Positions 61,322 through 64,000 of a DNA stretch of 64,000 nt are shown piece by piece. Source of the DNA: Prorocentrum cordatum (lineage: Eukaryota); assembly GCA_963575745.1 (NCBI GenBank), contig CAUYUJ010000126.1:186001-250000 (forward strand). The letters are read 5' to 3'. Positions within the stretch are counted from its first letter, which is position 1, and each line of letters opens with the position of its first letter. The notes under the pieces were generated by a model. The model made no database searches, was not told the origin of the DNA, and was given only the letters and a program-made list of their open reading frames with translations. The position numbers and the translations under genes were made by a program.

Positions 61322-62396
61322 ACGATAATGACAAGTATCTGCTGGGGGGTATCCGCTAAGCGCACGGCCCGTTGCTAAATAAACAAACATATGAATGCCC
61401 ATATCCCAAAGGAGGTATGAGGTAGAATATGTAAAGAAAGGCGGGGCGTAAGGGGACGCCGGAAAAAGCAAAAAATTATAAGAAAACGCACCGGGAATCA
61501 TCAAGAGCGCTGGAACAGAGTATTTAGACTTCGTGTGTGAAAATTGTTGCTCCTTAAACTACCTCTTCGTATTGTTACAAATGCGTTTTCATTTTCAAAC
61601 AGAAAAGCAGACGTTTCCCATTTGCGGCTGCCCTCTGACTGGTCCGTGTGAGAGATAGTGAGCAACACCGAAGTGTTGTTGGAACCCGCGTCGGTAATCG
61701 CACGTCGTCCGGAACAGTTTTCCGGTAATATAACCGCACCCGACAATATTCCATGAAGCGGTAATCCCACGGTTGCAGTGCGCGTATTCTGTCCGGAATG
61801 ATTTCCGGTAAGATAATTGAGCCCCCCATTATTTCCATGATGCCCAAACGATCTTCAATTCGCATGCCGCAGCCGTACATTTAACAAAAAACGGCCGGGG
61901 AAATGAAATGCCCGGCAAGACTCTTGAAATTATTGATTATGGTTCCAATTCTTTCGGAATCCGATTCGGGTTCCAACGCAGATTTTTTTCCCCGTCGCCG
62001 CAGCGCCCACGCACATTCCAGCAAGCGCTTACTCTGAAACCCAATCGCGTTGAGCCAACACCTGTTCCAGAGGAGCGCCAACTCAAGTTTCAGCAGGACC
62101 AAAAAGAAACGAATTCGCAGTGCCAACCCGCCCCGGTTCATTCTAATATTATTTCCGAACGTGCCCGCTGAGTGTCCGCCCTGTATTCAAACGGGCGTGC
62201 GAATTGGAATTTTACGCATCGGTACTGCCCCGGAAATTGCATGTCTTTTTCTTGAAACGGGTACAGTTGTTTCTGAGACTACAACTACTTTTTCTGAAAC
62301 AGCGAGATGTTTTTTCGGAAACAATTCTTGCGTTTTGTGAAGCGGCATTTTTTCTAAAATTGCTGTGCGTTTTTATCTGAAACGGCGGTCGCCCGT
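60551..62396. mobile_element. ~1.85-kb non-autonomous TIR DNA transposon with subterminal TTTCAGAAAAA repeats
   Basis: Left end acggcagcaaccgtttcagaaaaagcgtaaagcagtattagaaaaaaa; right-end reverse complement acgggcgaccgccgtttcagataaaaacgcacagcaattttagaaaaaat. Flanks tgttgcg (60544-60550) and ttttgcg (62397-62403). Internal (TA)n at 61253-61319. Confidence 0.8.
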
Positions 62397-62403
62397 TTTT
62401 GCG

Positions 62404-63900
62404 AATACATTTTTCGATCATGGGGCAAACTAATTTAGTCACAGAGTACTCCCCTGACAGTGTTGTAACACAAAATGCCTATGCAAAAAATTTCGCTCAA
62501 ATTGACCATTGCGTGGCGGATGCCCCGCCATTGGAATGTATTTCCAACATTGAAACCAACCGTGACGCGACGCTGGCATCACGTTATTTCTTGTTGCAAA
62601 TTTGGACGTTTATTTCGTTGGACACATCACGAAAAACAAAAAATGCGGTTTTCCACTCGGGGACAAGCTTTCCGTATTGATCGAAATTTGGCGGAGATCT
62701 ATGGCGACGCGTTCTGCTGGGCAATACTTGCGAATCCTATACCTGAAGATTTAGATTAACATGCCGAGCATATGAAAAATACAATGCCACTCCGATTCAG
62801 TGGTCGCCAGCGAGACTGGTAAACAACCGTAGCGGCCATGGATAGATTAAGTTTATTAAATGTCAGGGATGCCGCTCGACGTGCACGCCGACACGACGAA
62901 GAAGAACTTCTCTCCAAAACCATTCGGGATTCTTTGAAAAAAGATGGACGCATGAGGTTAATGACCAACTACACGGCGGCCATTGGCGAGCAGTTCGCCA
63001 GCTTCAGAAAGGTCCCGCAAAGAAACCAATACAAATCAAAGATTCAAATGGGGAGCTCGCTGAAAACAAAAAGCGTGGCAATGTATTGGCAAATTATTTT
63101 AAGCATACGCAGCGGGAAATCACGAACCCAAACACAAAACTTTCAGCTCGATCACACATGGGAGAGACAAATCAAATCAATATGGACGCTTTTATAATGG
63201 AAAAACTGACCAACGTGCTGAAAACAAATATCGGTTGGGAAGGCTGCCGGAAGACAAATTCGTGTTAGGCCAAAAATGGAAGGATCAAAACGACATTCCA
63301 ACACAATGGAAAGCATCATGTGTAACGCTGCTCTACAACAAAAAAGCGACGCAAACCTCCCGGCCAACTACAAGCCAATCGCGCTTTTACCAATTGGCTT
63401 CAATTATACAGAGACGCCTGCGAAATGGAGGAAAAGATACGCATGCAAAAAAACACAACGCTTCAGACCCGGCAAGAAAACAACGCAATGTATTTCCATC
63501 GTGCGTCGAATGATTGACGCGGTTTACGCCTCTGCCTCATCTGGTTTCTTGGCAATTCTTCTCGATTGGGCAAAAGGTTTAAAACAACTCAAACACGATG
63601 AATTGATTACCGCATTATGCCGATTTTGAGTTTTTTTTTCTTTTTTTGGGGGGGGGGAGCGTTTCTTCATCCTCAAAGACGAATCAGGCGATTCAGTAAC
63701 AAGAAGACAAAAAGCTGGGATCGGTCAAGGTTGCCTGTTGTCCCCATATTCGTTTTATCATTGTTCTATCGGTCATGTTCTTCGACGTCGACAAACACAT
63801 GGAAAAATTGAGCGAACATACCCAGGAAAAGAAAACTCGAATTATATAGTGCGATTGTTTTGGCAAAACTTCTGTATAGCCTCGAATCAATATGGTTAAT
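62404..63900 (+). mobile_element. Continuation of the plus-strand LINE: endonuclease C-terminus and RT (pseudogenised)
   Basis: NTFFDH, AQIDH...LASRYFLL, WKASCVTLL, PANYKPIALL, RFRPGKKTTQCI, ILLDWAKG, GIGQGCLLSPY (~63718). Confidence 0.82.
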
Positions 63901-64000
63901 GCAAGCCGACAAACGTCGTTTGGACGGTTTCCACGCGCGCTGCCCGAGGAAAATCATGTCCATCCCATCTTCATTCATCTCGAGAGTTTCCAACGCGGAA

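Overview
GC-rich, repeat-saturated eukaryotic DNA. A dinoflagellate-like host is my inference from base composition and repeat style; the sequence does not prove it. I see no recognisable host gene, RNA gene or CRISPR array. The one intact long ORF (<1-10292, >3400 aa, intronless, open past the left edge) is a giant Helitron-type rolling-circle transposase. Its domain order is USP/peptidase-C19-like deubiquitinase, C2H2 finger, DUF6570-like region, HUH/Y2 Rep, PIF1 helicase and a C-terminal array of ~55-aa CxxC...CxxC zinc modules. It is followed by ~380-bp and ~245-bp tandem repeats and a hairpin+GGCGGAT motif that recurs after an unrelated 73-bp array. The rest is decayed mobile DNA: a large minus-strand LINE with RNase H placed before the endonuclease and RT, two convergent CRE-like (RLE) non-LTR elements, an apparently endonuclease-less Penelope-like 3' fragment, and two APE-LINE remnants, one split by a ~1.85-kb TIR element with a near-perfect TSD. 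42-bp and 73-bp satellites, telomere-like 15-mers and long microsatellites fill the gaps. All domain calls are by eye from motifs; no database search was run.
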